From positions 1-64,000 of the forward strand of contig NW_025765438.1 in NCBI RefSeq assembly GCF_003918875.1: a stretch of DNA of 64,000 nt, written 5' to 3'. Below are positions 63,980 to 64,000 of the stretch, piece by piece. The notes under the pieces were generated by a model that saw nothing but the letters and a program-made list of their open reading frames with translations, was not told the origin of the DNA and did no database searches. A program made the translations under genes and the position numbers. The stretch comes from Haliotis rubra (taxonomy: Eukaryota). How positions within the stretch are numbered: the first letter of the stretch is position 1; each line of letters opens with the position of its first letter.

Positions 63980-64000
63980 TCATATATAATAAAAGAAGTT

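Overview
This is eukaryotic (metazoan) genomic DNA, most likely a gastropod mollusc such as abalone; that assignment is inferred from the SINE families and gene content and is not proven. It contains five host genes built from GT-AG exons. Two are tandem NXPE (neurexophilin/PC-esterase) paralogs on the - strand, one is an apparently intact secreted coiled-coil + gC1q gene on the - strand, and two are tandem SLC16/MCT-type MFS transporter paralogs on the + strand (first disrupted, second intact). The rest is mostly mobile DNA: a frameshifted env-bearing Ty3/Gypsy element, a DIRS fragment, two Tc1 elements, a Harbinger element, MULE fragments, MITEs, an IS3EU-type foldback element with inverted arrays of a palindromic 21-mer, Penelope-type minimal hammerhead motifs, three SINE-like families and a 3-kb 45-bp satellite. 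There are two assembly gaps. The best leads are the palindromic-array foldback element, the short retroposon with a pseudoknot-like head, the hammerhead motifs, and the env-Gypsy element with its unexplained region downstream of env. Many frameshifts could be assembly error.
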